45,823 nt of DNA from Octopus bimaculoides (GCF_001194135.2 NC_069006.1:2721682-2767504), one strand, 5' to 3'. Positions 1-12,491 are shown, counted from the stretch's first letter. Program-made: numbers and translations. The notes: generated by a model from the sequence alone, not told the origin.

Positions 1-54
1 TTGATAATGGAGCCCAAACGACTATAAGATGCTTTTCTTTTACCAGGAATGAGA

Positions 55-1921
55 TTAAGTATGGTCATTCACATCCAACTTCCTTGCTACATCCTTCCAT
101 CTTTTCCCGAATATACTTCGTGACAGGTGTCTCCTTTTCAGCCCTATCTTGCTCTTCAGATGATATTAGAAGCAATATAGCAACCCAGGGCCGGAGATAA
201 AATTTCCCGTCGCGACTCCTTTCATTCTAGTTCTCCATACACACTCTTTCAACACTGCGACTGTACATAAAAACCATGCCTCACTTTCCTTTGATACTCC
301 GAGTGGCGGTACAATCTTCATCATGGACTCAGCAGATAGCTGTACTCTTCCTAGATTCGACAACACGTGTTCTATGTAAATTATCAAGCCTGAAAGCTGC
401 GGGCAATGTACAAGAGCGTGCAGGACGGTTTCATCGTCCTGTCCTTACCTTGGGCATGCCGGTGGCACAGACATTCCATGCCTAGACAATTTGTCGCGAA
501 CAGGTAACGCGTTCTTATAGCACAGCCAGTTCAGAGATTTCTGGTAGGTATCCAAGTACCACGGCCTGAAAGTTCTTTGAAACAGGTTGGCTAGCTGGCT
601 CTCATCGACCCCCAGAGTTTCTCCTGTGACATCATCGCTCTTAAACCTTGCCAACCCTCTATAAAATACCAAGGTGGTATTCCCGCTGCCGGTCTTGCCC
701 GCCTTATGCATTAGCAGGAGTGCCTGTCGGCACTCCTTTTGCCATTCAGTCGTATTACGTCTTTTAATGAAGTCGGGTTTCAGTTCCTCCAAGGAGGCCA
801 GTCGTGGAAAGAGTTCCTCCGCTAGCGAATTCCACACCTGGTCACCATCTAGATAGAGCAAGAGATTCCGTAGCCTCAGTGCATGCCTGCACACCATTAC
901 CCACGGCATCCTTAACCCACCCTTTAGCGGTTGTTGGCATCAAACAGAGCGCCTCACCAGCAGCTTTCCTCCCTTCCTCAAAAGGCGAAAGAGAAGGCGT
1001 GCCAACTTGCTTAGCCACGAATCAAAGCAAGGGACAACGGTCAGACGTTAGGTGATAACAGATGCAATAAACACCTGCACCACCTCCACCCTTCCTTCCA
1101 GGAATAGTGCCCTTCCAGACCAGGTTCGGATTAGGGCCTCGATCCTGTCTGCCACCTCACTCCAATTCTTCTCCTTCTGGGAATCCGGTCCGAACCAGAC
1201 TCCAAGCAACTTAACAGGACCATCCATCCAGTGCCCCAGGGCACTGAACATTATCGTCTTGCCGCTCCAGATACCGAACCGCAAGCCGATGGACTTGTCC
1301 TTGTTAATTTTTGCCCCTGCCACCGCCTCGTATCCTTTGATTGCATCCTCTACACAAGGTAAGCTGAGCTTCATCGAACACGGTGATGGTGACGTCATCC
1401 GCATATGCAGACACTGGCTTACCACATCCCATTTCATTGGGGATGCCCCCTCCCCCCAAACTCTCCAACCTCCGCAGCTCAAGAGTCAGTACATACAGAA
1501 GCGGAGATAGAGGACACCCTTGACGAACCGAGCGCTTGATCCCAAACGGCACCGACAGGTAACCGTTTGTCTGGACTGTGGATTTGATGTCACCATAGAT
1601 GGCAGTGATCCAACCACGAAAGTCCGGGCCCAGCCCAGCCGCCTCGAGGACCGCCGCCAGGTACTGGTGGTCTACCCTATGAAAAGCCTCACTTTTGTCT
1701 AAATGGACCAGTGCCCCACCTTTACCGGTTAATTTACCAACCACGTCTAAGGTGTAGCGCAAGAGATGGAGATTGTCCTGGATTGACCTGGCTTGGAATG
1801 GCGCATGTTTGAGCTCTCCCAAAAAGTTTCTCACCGACACGCGTCAACGGTTCCACTAGCACATTAGCCAAAATCTTTAACTCTACATTAAGTAGAGTTA
1901 TGGGCCTAAAATTATTAATAT
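55..1921 (-). mobile_element. Decayed Tx1/L1-clade LINE (RT and C-terminus) in intron 1 of the paralog
   Basis: Frameshifted ORFs with NFRPITLLN, VRQGCPLSPLLY, AYADD and a C-terminal CPR motif. Confidence 0.9.
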
Positions 1922-2567
1922 NNNNNNNNNNNNNNNNNNNNNNNNNNNNNNNNNNNNNNNNNNNNNNNNNNNNNNNNNNNNNNNNNNNNNNNNNNNNNNN
2001 NNNNNNNNNNNNNNNNNNNNNNNNNNNNNNNNNNNNNNNNNNNNNNNNNNNNNNNNNNNNNNNNNNNNNNNNNNNNNNNNNNNNNNNNNNNNNNNNNNNN
2101 NNNNNNNNNNNNNNNNNNNNNNNNNNNNNNNNNNNNNNNNNNNNNNNNNNNNNNNNNNNNNNNNNNNNNNNNNNNNNNNNNNNNNNNNNNNNNNNNNNNN
2201 NNNNNNNNNNNNNNNNNNNNNNNNNNNNNNNNNNNNNNNNNNNNNNNNNNNNNNNNNNNNNNNNNNNNNNNNNNNNNNNNNNNNNNNNNNNNNNNNNNNN
2301 NNNNNNNNNNNNNNNNNNNNNNNNNNNNNNNNNNNNNNNNNNNNNNNNGTGTGTTTCTCCCATCACCGCTTGACAAACGATGTTGGTAAACTAGCGGTTC
2401 GGCACGAATAACAGACAGAATAGGCGCCAGGTGTAAAGAATAACTGCTGGGGTCTACTTCAAGGCGATGCCTCAGCTAAAACAAGGGTCACGGGTGTGCG
2501 AGTGTTTGCTTTTGTTTGTACTCGCGCGTATTGTGCATAATTGATTAGAAATGAATACATTACTCAC

Positions 2568-2641
2568 AGATAGAAGGTTAAAATAAGCATAGCCCCGAGT
2601 ACCAAAGTCGTGGCATGATCAGTCAAGCCGAACACGTCCAT
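2568..2641 (-). CDS. CYP3A-like: Exon 1 of a second, tandem P450 paralog (MDVFGLTDHATTLVLGAMLILTFY-L); the rest of the gene lies left of the window
   Basis: 72/74 nt identical to exon 1 at 38812-38885, with the same CT|gtgagt donor and an upstream TATA box. Confidence 0.85.
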
Positions 2642-2668
2642 CGCTACTCCTCTCTCTTCGACGAATTA

Positions 2669-2742
2669 CACGTGAAGCAAAAAAACTTGCCTTTTTATAC
2701 AAAGCTTTACAACCCAATCTCTCTGCCTTTTTCCGTCACGTG
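2669..2742 (-). promoter_or_regulatory. Proximal promoter of the paralog: TATAAAAAG (2691-2699), E-boxes CACGTG (2669-2674, 2737-2742), CCAAT (2714-2718)
   Basis: Canonical TATA box 50 nt upstream of the ATG. Motifs read directly; function is inferred. Confidence 0.55.
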
Positions 2743-3869
2743 CCTCTTTCCTTCTCGTTCTCTTTCTCTATATGCCCATATATCCCTGTCTCACCATCTC
2801 TCTCTTTCTTTCCCTCACTCTCCCTCTCTCTTCTTTCACTCTCTCAGTATGTATTTCTCATTATCTCTGATGCAGATAGCACTCGAGCTCATATCCATGC
2901 ACATGAACACATTACCGCCCACTCCACTCTCTTCTCGCTCTCTCTATCTCTCTCCCCTTTCGTGTATCTTTCATTATCTCACACGTTATGTTTCTCCTTC
3001 TGTCTGCCCCGCTCTCACTCTCTCTTTATCTCTTTCGCACACACACACAGACACACACATGTATACACATATATATACACACACACACACACACAGATCT
3101 ATATGCATGCATTGTAATATATTTGTGCCCATTATGCTACTCGTTCCTCTCTCTCTCTCTCTCTCTCTCTCCAACAGCCACCACCACTATCAATACAATC
3201 ATCACCAACAACAACATCACCCTCCCAAACAACTGTATTCCCACCACCACCACCCTATACTCTTCTTTGTATTAATCTTACTGACTCATGCCTGCGAATT
3301 ATCGCGTAATAAATGGGTAATTTGGTGTATATTGCGCAGCAATCTCAACACATATGTCAAGACACTATGACTTAACTTCCACATATTTCCACAGTTCTTA
3401 CTGGTCACAATCACTGGACTTTGACCCAGTTGGAGCACCATTTTGAAAGGTTTAATAGAAAAAATATCGAACTCCCTTCTTTCCGCCTTCAAGAACTCCA
3501 GTTTTTTGGGGGGTTTATTCTTGTTGCTATTGATCACGATGATGATGATGTTTCTTTCAGATCTGGTACTTATCCTATTAGTTCTCTATAGATGAACCGC
3601 TAGGGGATCTATTCTATCTCAATCACAGATTATTTAATTAATTTGCTTTAACTAAATATTTTGAAACTTTGAATACTGGTAGAATTTCTCACGTATAACA
3701 CGGTTTACTCTGAACGTTTTTGACGAAATTTTGTATTTTAGAAGTTATTTCGTGTTAAAGTTGTCGTATTTGGGTAATTTCAACCAATCAACGACGTGTA
3801 TTCGGTTAAAGCAAGCTACTGCTGTTTGCGATAGTAATAGATGAGGATTCATCAAAGGGGAACCAAAGC

Positions 3870-5352
3870 ACGTGGAATCAAGAAGGGGTACACTCATTTC
3901 TACAACTTCCTTGGGAAGGATCCAGAAGTTGACAACATCCTACCAGGAGGACTAAAAAGATGTGATTTACATGACGTCATCCTTGAATTTTCAAACAAAC
4001 TACTAAATGGCAATGTGTAGCCAGATTAATGGTCAGAGATAGACTTGCTACCGCTGGCCAAAACTGGAGACCTAAGTGATACTGGGAATTATAGAGGGAT
4101 CAGTTTGCCATCCATCGTTGCAAAAATGATCAAGATGATACTTAACCGAATACAACTTAAGATAGACAAATAATTGCGACCAAATCAAAATGGATTCAGA
4201 TCAGGACGGTCAACAACATTTCACATCGTCGTCCTTAGAAGACTGATAAAGGGAGTTAAGAGCCATAACAGGAAGGTTATTATCCTCTAAGTAGACTTTG
4301 AAAAAAGACTTTTCATTCAGTACATAGAAGAATGAGGATGAAGATACTTAAAGCATATTCCACCAAGAATTCTGAGAGAAATAAGTAAGCTGTGTGAGAA
4401 CACCACAGCGAATGTGATTATTCCTGGTGGAGAGACGGAATACTTTGAAGTCAAAGCCGGAGTATTACAAGGCGACACGCTAGCACCTTATCTCCGCGCC
4501 ATCGTCCTGGACTATGTAATGCGTAGAACGTACGAGGGCAAGGAAGAATGACTAGGATTCAAATTGCATAGGCAAAGAAGTAGACGCCATCAAGCAGTAA
4601 CCGTGTCTGATGATTTGGCATTATTAACAGAGAGAAAGATCAGGCACAGGAGGTGCTGAGCAGATTAGAGCAGGAATCGGGGAAGGTACGATTGTACTGT
4701 AATAAAAACAAAACGGAGCTGCAAGTATTCAACCACGAAATGCCTGTGTCAGTAAAAGTGAGAAACGGTAAGTCGCTGAAGGTAGTTGAAAATTTCATAT
4801 ACTTTGGTGCGTGGACACAAAGTACTAAAAAAGACATCGTAGCCCGGAAAGTTCCGGCCTGGAGCGCATGGCATAAATTGAAAAAGGTGTGGAGTTCAAA
4901 GGAGATTGAAGTGAAGTTGGCAACAGTGGAATCTGTTCTTCTATAGGGGGCTGAAACATGAACGCTCACTAAAGCATTGAAGAAGCAGTTGTACGGTTGT
5001 TATACGAGGATGTTTAAAATGGCACTCAGTTTCTCCCGGAAGAGTCATACAACAAACGCTGACTTATACCAGGGACTACCAAAAGTAACATTGTAGATAC
5101 AGCATAGAAGGATGAGGCTAGCTGGACACTGCATCAGACACACAGATGAAATTGCTAACAAGCTGGTGTTCTGGCAACCAACGGAAGGAAGATCCATGAG
5201 AGGAAGAAGGAAGACGACCTATATCGACAATTTCTTGGGGGATATTGGTATGGAAGGGGTACAGGAGCTGAGAACCATTATGGAAAATCAAGATGAATGG
5301 GGAAAACACGTGGAAATAGTCTTGGGGCATCCCGAGGGACGACCTAGATAGA
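3870..5352 (+). mobile_element. Decayed RTE-like LINE (RT and C-terminus)
   Basis: NYRGISL, QNGFRSGRST and VLQGDTLAP motifs, plus C-terminal RLAGHCIRH...RGRRKTTYID, with stops and frameshifts. Confidence 0.85.
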
Positions 5353-5737
5353 NNNNNNNNNNNNNNNNNNNNNNNNNNNNNNNNNNNNNNNNNNNNNNNN
5401 NNNNNNNNNNNNNNNNNNNNNNNNNNNNNNNNNNNNNNNNNNNNNNNNNNNNNNNNNNNNNNNNNNNNNNNNNNNNNNNNNNNNNNNNNNNNNNNNNNNN
5501 NNNNNNNNNNNNNNNNNNNNNNNNNNNNNNNNNNNNNNNNNNNNNNNNNNNNNNNNNNNNNNNNNNNNNNNNNNNNNNNNNNNNNNNNNNNNNNNNNNNN
5601 NNNNNNNNNNNNNNNNNNNNNNNNNNNNNNNNNNNNNNNNNNNNNNNNNNNNNNNNNNNNNNNNNNNNNNNNNNNNNNNNNNNNNNNNNNNNNNNNNNNN
5701 NNNNNNNNNNNNNNNNNNNNNNNNNNNNNNNNNNNNA

Positions 5738-5890
5738 TATCGCTTGACAACCGATGTTGGTGTGTTTTCGTCCCCGTAAATTAGCGGTTCGGCAAAATAC
5801 AAAGAATAAGTCCTGGTGTTGATTTGCTCGACTAAAGGTGCTGCTCCAGCATGGCTGTAGTCAAATGACTGAAACAAGTAAAAGATTAAT
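5738..5890 (+). mobile_element. 3' half of a tRNA-derived SINE (same family as 31314-31740)
   Basis: cgcttgacaaccgatg...gctccagcatggc...gactgaaacaagtaaaaga matches the full copy. Confidence 0.8.
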
Positions 5891-6215
5891 CGAATAAAAG
5901 AATATGTAAATAAACATGCACATTTAACTTTGCATTGAACAGTGGTGAAAGTGGGCAGTCAAGCGAATCTTGTTTCCTTTATATTTAGGTGTGATGCAAG
6001 TTGAGCATTATAGGTGCTTTTGCACTAAGTTTAAAAATCATGCCGTGGTCGGAAATAACGTCAGTGTCACAATTGTGTTGTTTACAGGGCGTTGCTTGCT
6101 TTCATTTACTACAACATTTGGTTAATACACCGTCTTTATTAGAGCATGGCATGTTTCACTCACATTAGAAAATAGAACGGTGAGTTAATAACTATAGAAG
6201 AGTAATAAACAGATC

Positions 6216-6565
6216 CAGTGGTCCGCAACAGGGATCCATATGGTCCTTGATGGTCCATGTACGATTTAAGGGGTCTACGTAACAAGATAATAAATTGCGG
6301 ATCAACAATAGTATCTTAAAGGCCCCTAAACAAATTTACTTTAGATTTATGTATTTGTACGCATTGCAGCAGTTTCTTTCTCTAATATTTTACATAGTTC
6401 AACCTACACAAGTGAATGTGCGCAGAACAAAAAAAGGAATTTTGAAAGAAGTTTCTATAGAACTAGTTTTTAGACATTGAATCACTACGAGGGTCCACTA
6501 GAATAGAATAGTAATCAGAAGGGTCCCTAGGTAAAAGGAAACAAACAATTGATTGAGAACCCATG
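6216..6565. mobile_element. hAT-like MITE remnant
   Basis: Imperfect terminal inverted repeats CAGTGGTCCGCAAC ... GATTGAGAACCCATG, resembling CAGTGGTT(C)TCAAC-type ends. Confidence 0.45.
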
Positions 6566-6830
6566 AGATAAACAGACAAAGGTAGTAGAAAGGGTGGAGA
6601 CCTAAGTAAGAAAGGAGTGGGTGTGTAGGGGTGTGATGTCTGACTTGTATTTAATCAACGGTCTATTGCACCAACTGATAACATAATGACTTTTACTTTT
6701 TATCTTTTACTACTTTCCATCATGCTGGAGCATCGCCTTGAAAGGCTTTTATCGAACAGATCGATTCCAGGAATTATTTTTAAGCTTTTTACATATTCTA
6801 TCAGACTTTTCGTCGAACCGCTATATTACG
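6545..6830. repeat. Upstream block paralogous to 40990-41270 (same orientation)
   Basis: About 89% identity by manual alignment over 110 nt, including non-repeat flank and a shared antisense SINE tail. Confidence 0.85.
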
Positions 6831-8210
6831 AAGACGTAAGCAAACCAACACCGGTCATCAAGTGGTGAGTGGAGGACAAACGCAAACAAAANNNNNNNNN
6901 NNNNNNNNNNNNNNNNNNNNNNNNNNNNNNNNNNNNNNNNNNNNNNNNNNNNNNNNNNNNNNNNNNNNNNNNNNNNNNNNNNNNNNNNNNNNNNNNNNNN
7001 NNNNNNNNNNNNNNNNNNNNNNNNNNNNNNNNNNNNNNNNNNNNNNNNNNNNNNNNNNNNNNNNNNNNNNNNNNNNNNNNNNNNNNNNNNNNNNNNNNNN
7101 NNNNNNNNNNNNNNNNNNNNNNNNNNNNNNNNNNNNNNNNNNNNNNNNNNNNNNNNNNNNNNNNNNNNNNNNNNNNNNNNNNNNNNNNNNNNNNNNNNNN
7201 NNNNNNNNNNNNNNNNNNNNNNNNNNNNNNNNNNNNNNNNNNNNNNNNNNNNNNNNNNNNNNNNNNNNNNNNNNNNNNNNNNNNNNNNNNNNNNNNNNNN
7301 NNNNNNNNNNNNNNNNNNNNNNNNNNNNNNNNNNNNNNNNNNNNNNNNNNNNNNNNNNNNNNNNNNNNNNNNNNNNNNNNNNNNNNNNNNNNNNNNNNNN
7401 NNNNNNNNNNNNNNNNNNNNNNNNNNNNNNNNNNNNNNNNNNNNNNNNNNNNNNNNNNNNNNNNNNNNNNNNNNNNNNNNNNNNNNNNNNNNNNNNNNNN
7501 NNNNNNNNNNNNNNNNNNNNNNNNNNNNNNNNNNNNNNNNNNNNNNNNNNNNNNNNNNNNNNNNNNNNNNNNNNNNNNNNNNNNNNNNNNNNNNNNNNNN
7601 NNNNNNNNNNNNNNNNNNNNNNNNNNNNNNNNNNNNNNNNNNNNNNNNNNNNNNNNNNNNNNNNNNNNNNNNNNNNNNTGATGAGATGACAGTATGAAGA
7701 TTTAAACAAGCATATTATATAACGTATATTTCATAATGGCACGACGGAGAGTAGTCTCTTCAAAACAAATTAAATACAATAATACAGAGAATCATTCGGC
7801 TGCTCGCTTAAATAAGAAACCATTCGACGTTAATTAATGGGGTAGCTGATAAAATTCGTAATGATAGTAGAATACAAGTCGGCCAAATGTGTATAATCAT
7901 ATCACAACTAGTTAAATATCAGTTGGTTCAAGACAGATTTAAAGAGTCAAATTTCATGTGCCAGCTGGCATAAGGTTCAATAGTTTTAAGTTACATGTTT
8001 GGACGTCACAAAAATGTTTTGATCTCAACGACAGAGATACTGACTGCGCTCTAATATAATACCTACTAATATAATATCTACGCTTGCACATATAAATATA
8101 CAGACAAGGCCTTACACATTTACACATTTACACATGCTATACAATATAATATATACACGCATATGTGTAATGGTGCACAAACCTACACATACATATTTAT
8201 AAATGTATAA

Positions 8211-8420
8211 AGGCTTGTTGGTCAAGTTGTTAGAATGTTGCACCGAGAATATCGTGGTCCTGACTCCCGTTTCGGGCTGTGAATTGTGTTCTTGAGCAAA
8301 ACGATTCATTTTATGTTGTTCTGATATCTGACAGGTAGCACACTCTGCAACTGTACAGGTAATATCGATTTGACGGTGGTGAGGAGGAGGTTTTGCACGG
8401 CACAATATTTTGATTAATGT
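8211..8420 (+). mobile_element. Old tRNA-derived SINE
   Basis: A-box-like tggtcaagttgttaga followed by core-like ttgtgttcttgagcaaaac. Confidence 0.5.
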
Positions 8421-8824
8421 AAAAAAAAATCATGAAAATGGAGCTATCACATTAATAAAATTTATTAATTGCAAAAATCAAACATATTTACACACTTACA
8501 GACGATTCGATATGCCTAATTGGTTATATTAGTAAATATTAAGAACATTGTATTAGGCAAAATCTCTTCAGAGAAGTAGAAATAAATAAAATGTTAAGTC
8601 CATTTTTGTAATTAGTTCTTCATTCATTCATTTCTCCGCTGCATCATCACCATCATCATTATCATCATTATCATCATCATCATCATCACCATCATCATCA
8701 CCACCACCATCATCATCAACATCATCAACCCTCAAACTTCGTCGTTACAGTTTGCTGACTTCCCGAGTTTTCAAATTATATTATTACATTTTGGTGACCC
8801 CGACGTGATGAAAAACAACCTTCC

Positions 8825-8855
<31 letters not shown>

Positions 8856-8934
8856 CATACATGCATGCATACATACATACATACATACATACATACATAC
8901 ACACACATATACATGCATACGTAATGATAGTAAC

Positions 8935-9520
8935 ACCGATCGTCAAAGCATTTAATCATGGACAAATAACCGCATTATTACCAAAACCACCCTACTTTGA
9001 TGGTTATGCATTTGCAATCCAGAAACTAAAAATGTCAACCAAGTACCTGATGCACAAAAGTGATAGAGATGCGGGAAAAGACGTAAAATGTGACAAGCTA
9101 CGTAGACTTTGAGGAGCTTACAATGAAGATATCACCCACATCATAAGCAGTTGTCCAAAAATGTCAACACGGTATTATCTACCGATGAGACATGACGTTG
9201 TAGCTTGGACACTCTATAATGAAATCCGACGGAAGGATAATCTCGAGGACAAAGAAATAAAAACCCACAATATGATAGAAGCCATAGCCACTCATAATAA
9301 AAAGGAATACTGGTGGAATGTACCAATGAAGACCTCAATAAGATGTAAGCACAACAGACCTGACATAATGATTTGGGATAGTAAAGAGAAACTGTGCACA
9401 GATGTAGAAAATAGCTACCCAGCGGGTGTTGACATAAAGCTGAAGATAAGTGAGAAAAGAGAACACCTATGCTGTAGTATTGAGAAAGCTACAGCTACTC
9501 TATCTAATTCATACCTGTAG
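8935..9520 (+). mobile_element. R4/Dong/NeSL-type non-LTR retrotransposon fragment (restriction-like endonuclease region)
   Basis: EDITHIISSCP zinc knuckle, RHD motif, and YWWN...HNRPDIMIW RLE motif. Confidence 0.8.
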
Positions 9521-10149
9521 ATTTTACTGATACACATTTTTTTATATTTTTATATTCTTCGGCGATAATTTTTTATATTATCTACTCCTGTCATTGAATT
9601 TTGCGAACATTTAATCGTTTAGACATGTTCTCTACTTCGCCATTTGAAATTGTTACAATCTCATTGTTTTATACCATTGATAAACAAAAATTTGTTGACA
9701 CTAGTTTGATATGTTTGTAAATAAATTTATTTTAAAATATTAACAAGTTTTTCAAGTTCATATGCATTTTCAAAAACAGATTCTCCGATGTGTGTGTGTG
9801 TGTGAGTGTGTGCGTGTGTGAGCGTGTGTGAGCGTGTGATTCGCGCGCGTTTGTGTACATACATACATACATAGATACATACATACATACATATATATAC
9901 ATATATACATATATTATATATACATATATACATATATATCCATGTGAATTAGACCGCAAGCATAACATTGAACGATCATAAGAGTAAGGAAATGGATTAC
10001 AAAGTTTTTCAAAGTTTTAATCAGAAAAAAAGATGATAGAAAAGAAACGGAAATATCTTTAATAAAAATACATTTATGTAGATTTTATACTGGTACAATG
10101 GTCTCTAAACACTTTCTGTGCTACATTTCCTATATTTTTCGTTTGTTCT

Positions 10150-10155
10150 TTTATT
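10150..10155 (-). terminator. Candidate polyadenylation signal AATAAA of the P450 gene
   Basis: Hexamer about 60 nt downstream of the stop. Other candidates exist further downstream. Confidence 0.45.
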
Positions 10156-10212
10156 CATTAATTCACATGGAATTTTACAAGTATGATTTGATACAGATGC
10201 ACATTAAACCTT

Positions 10213-10287
10213 TTATCTTCGTTCAAACTTCACCCAAACACCGTTTTTAGCAGCCAATAAGACAGTGTCGTCCAATATAAGAGGGTT
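10213..10287 (-). CDS. CYP3A-like: P450 exon 14, terminal (NPLILDDTVLLAAKNGVWVKFERR*)
   Basis: ctattgcag|AAC acceptor, a typical C-terminal GVWVKFERR, and a TAA stop. Confidence 0.92.
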   Translation of the reverse strand, partial: NPLILDDTVLLAAKNGVWVKFERR

Positions 10288-11580
10288 CTGCAATAGAAAA
10301 TTTCAGATATTAATTTTTTTTAAAGTCATTACATATTCAATAAATTACATAACGTTATCCCTGCAAAATCTACAACCTGCTAAGCATCACATATTTCACT
10401 AGGGGGAATGTGATCAAGTTGACCATGTGGACAGCAGAACTTGCTTCAGTGTGGTTATGGATCAGGAGGTACGAGTCCGTCGAGTGAGGAGTGAATAGTG
10501 CTCCCAGGTATACCGCTGACTGAACACAAGCTGGCGGTTGATCAACCCTTGCTGAGTCGCCATTGTGAAGATTGATTGTTGAAATACTCAAAAGACTCAA
10601 TGACCCAGAAACTATAACACATGAAGTATCCTGAACTATATATATTTTAAATAATAAAGTTAAAAATTCAAAAACTTCAAATGGTTGGGAGAAATTTAAC
10701 CAGGTCCGAAATCTTTAAGAATTCGGTAACCAATGTAAAATACCTTCACCGGTAGACATTGTTGCATGTATTCAAACAATATGCACAACTCTTACTGAAA
10801 CGTATCTAATAACAACCACAACTGATATTGATGTACGTACGCATACCAAATGTTCTCGTATTTTTCTCCCGGTAGGACAGGAAAGGAAGAAATCAATGAA
10901 AAATGAATAATAGAACATTTGGGAAAAGCAGGTTTGTTCTGAGATACCAAATTCCCCAGAGCATTATGGATAGTATATGGGCACGCATTTGCTCTCAAAG
11001 CAGAATCTTTTACTGAACGCCGACCCGTGTTATCACAGATAAATTAGTGATATATGTAACACGATTCACAATTGATCGTGACATTTTTTTATCCTGAATC
11101 AGTGACAAATCAATCAGTGATAGACAAGGGTAGATATGCAACAGGAACAAATCTGATGTGCACCCGTGTCCGAGACCGGGATCTTTCAGAGCAAAATATT
11201 AGCTTTAATATATAAAGAAGCGACCATGAGCAACTCATGCACAAGACCATACCAAGTGGCTATACTCCGTCTCCGTGGGAACCAAAATCTTTGAAGTCCC
11301 CAGAAGATAAAATGAAGAAATCAAACGACAGGAGAGTAAGGCTCGACAAGATCGACCTCGCCTTCCACCAACATTACCATGCAGTCAATGCCATCGACTC
11401 TTCTATGCAAGAATCGGTGTACATAATCGTCAATGGCATCACCAGAAATGAAGCAGTCACAGTAGAAGAAACTAAATTTTCGGATACGAGATAAAGTCGA
11501 CGATGACAAAATAAAAATAAGTAATAGAATTTCCTCGCCAAACTTTCCCTAATTGAACCAATCAAAAATAAAGCACTTAC

Positions 11581-11743
11581 TTCTGTTTTTTCTGTGGGAA
11601 GTATTTTGAAATTCCGAATCATTTGGACAGCTGCTACCTTGAACTCCAGCTTGGCCAATCTCATTCCAAGACAAATTCTTGGTCCTCCACCAAATGGTAA
11701 GTAGGCAAACGGTATTTGCTTGGATTTTGCTTCTTCACTAAAT
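11581..11743 (-). CDS. CYP3A-like: P450 exon 13, heme-binding (FSEEAKSKQIPFAYLPFGGGPRICLGMRLAKLEFKVAAVQMIRNFKILPTEKTE)
   Basis: tttacag|A and GAA|gtaagt. Contains FxxGxRxCxG. Length 163 nt. Confidence 0.97.
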
Positions 11744-12174
11744 CTGTAAATAAGAAACTTACATCTCTGAATAAATAACCCAGTTTAATTCCAGTCGTAT
11801 TATGTATATCGAGGAGTACATTATCACATGTCTGACTTGTTAATTTTATTAATGTTCGTCGTATTAAGCGATTTGAGGAAAATCATTTCTTGCAGGCAAA
11901 GGACGACTCCTGCGATATTTTCTGGGGTCACTTGAGAGAATTGTCGCAATTAGAAGGAAATATGGTCCAGCTATGTTTATTAAACAAGCAACGGGTTAGC
12001 AATGGATTAGCAATGGATTAAGCCTAATAACACCTAAGAACAGTAACGATAAGTCTGAGAGGCCTCCACCTATGAGGTTTCCGCCTATCATATCACTCAC
12101 ACGATATCTATTAGACACCTTAAGCATAGAACTACGTTTGGCCTTATCAATGAAACAGTCATTAAGAATGTTAC

Positions 12175-12312
12175 CTTTCTGGAATAAATTTCTCCGGTTC
12201 CGGATAGTATTTTGGGTCATAATGTAGAGCATCCACAGCAATTCTGACGCTCAATTTTTCAGGAATTGTTATACCTTTTATTGTGCATGCTTTATTGCAC
12301 TGACGATCCAAT
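12175..12312 (-). CDS. CYP3A-like: P450 exon 12 (LDRQCNKACTIKGITIPEKLSVRIAVDALHYDPKYYPEPEKFIPE-R)
   Basis: ctttcag|A and AG|gtaaca. Contains LHYDP and the first half of PERF. Confidence 0.96.
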
Positions 12313-12449
12313 CTGAAAGATACATACAGAAATGAACAAAGTATACGATAGTTTCTTTATTTTATTTCTTAAATTACATTTTTCTAATACACAACCACAC
12401 AAATAAACACACACTCTCTCTTCCGCCTTCGCTCTCTCTCTCTAACTTT

Positions 12450-12491
<42 letters not shown>

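Noticed and set aside
2615-3370. Plus-strand ORFs starting MISQAEHVHRYSSLFDEL here and at 38859-39095, with three apparently synonymous differences
   Set aside because: This is the antisense shadow of P450 exon 1 and its 5'UTR. The ORFs diverge at once into microsatellite-derived sequence.
8003-8020. ACGTCACAAAAATGTTTT resembles 44451-44467 at an offset similar to the duplication
   Set aside because: Only about 17 nt match and the flanks do not align, so it is too weak to count as a third paralogous block.
10792-10998. ORF as a possible terminal P450 exon
   Set aside because: No P450 C-terminal similarity. The exon at 10213-10287 has a proper acceptor and motif.
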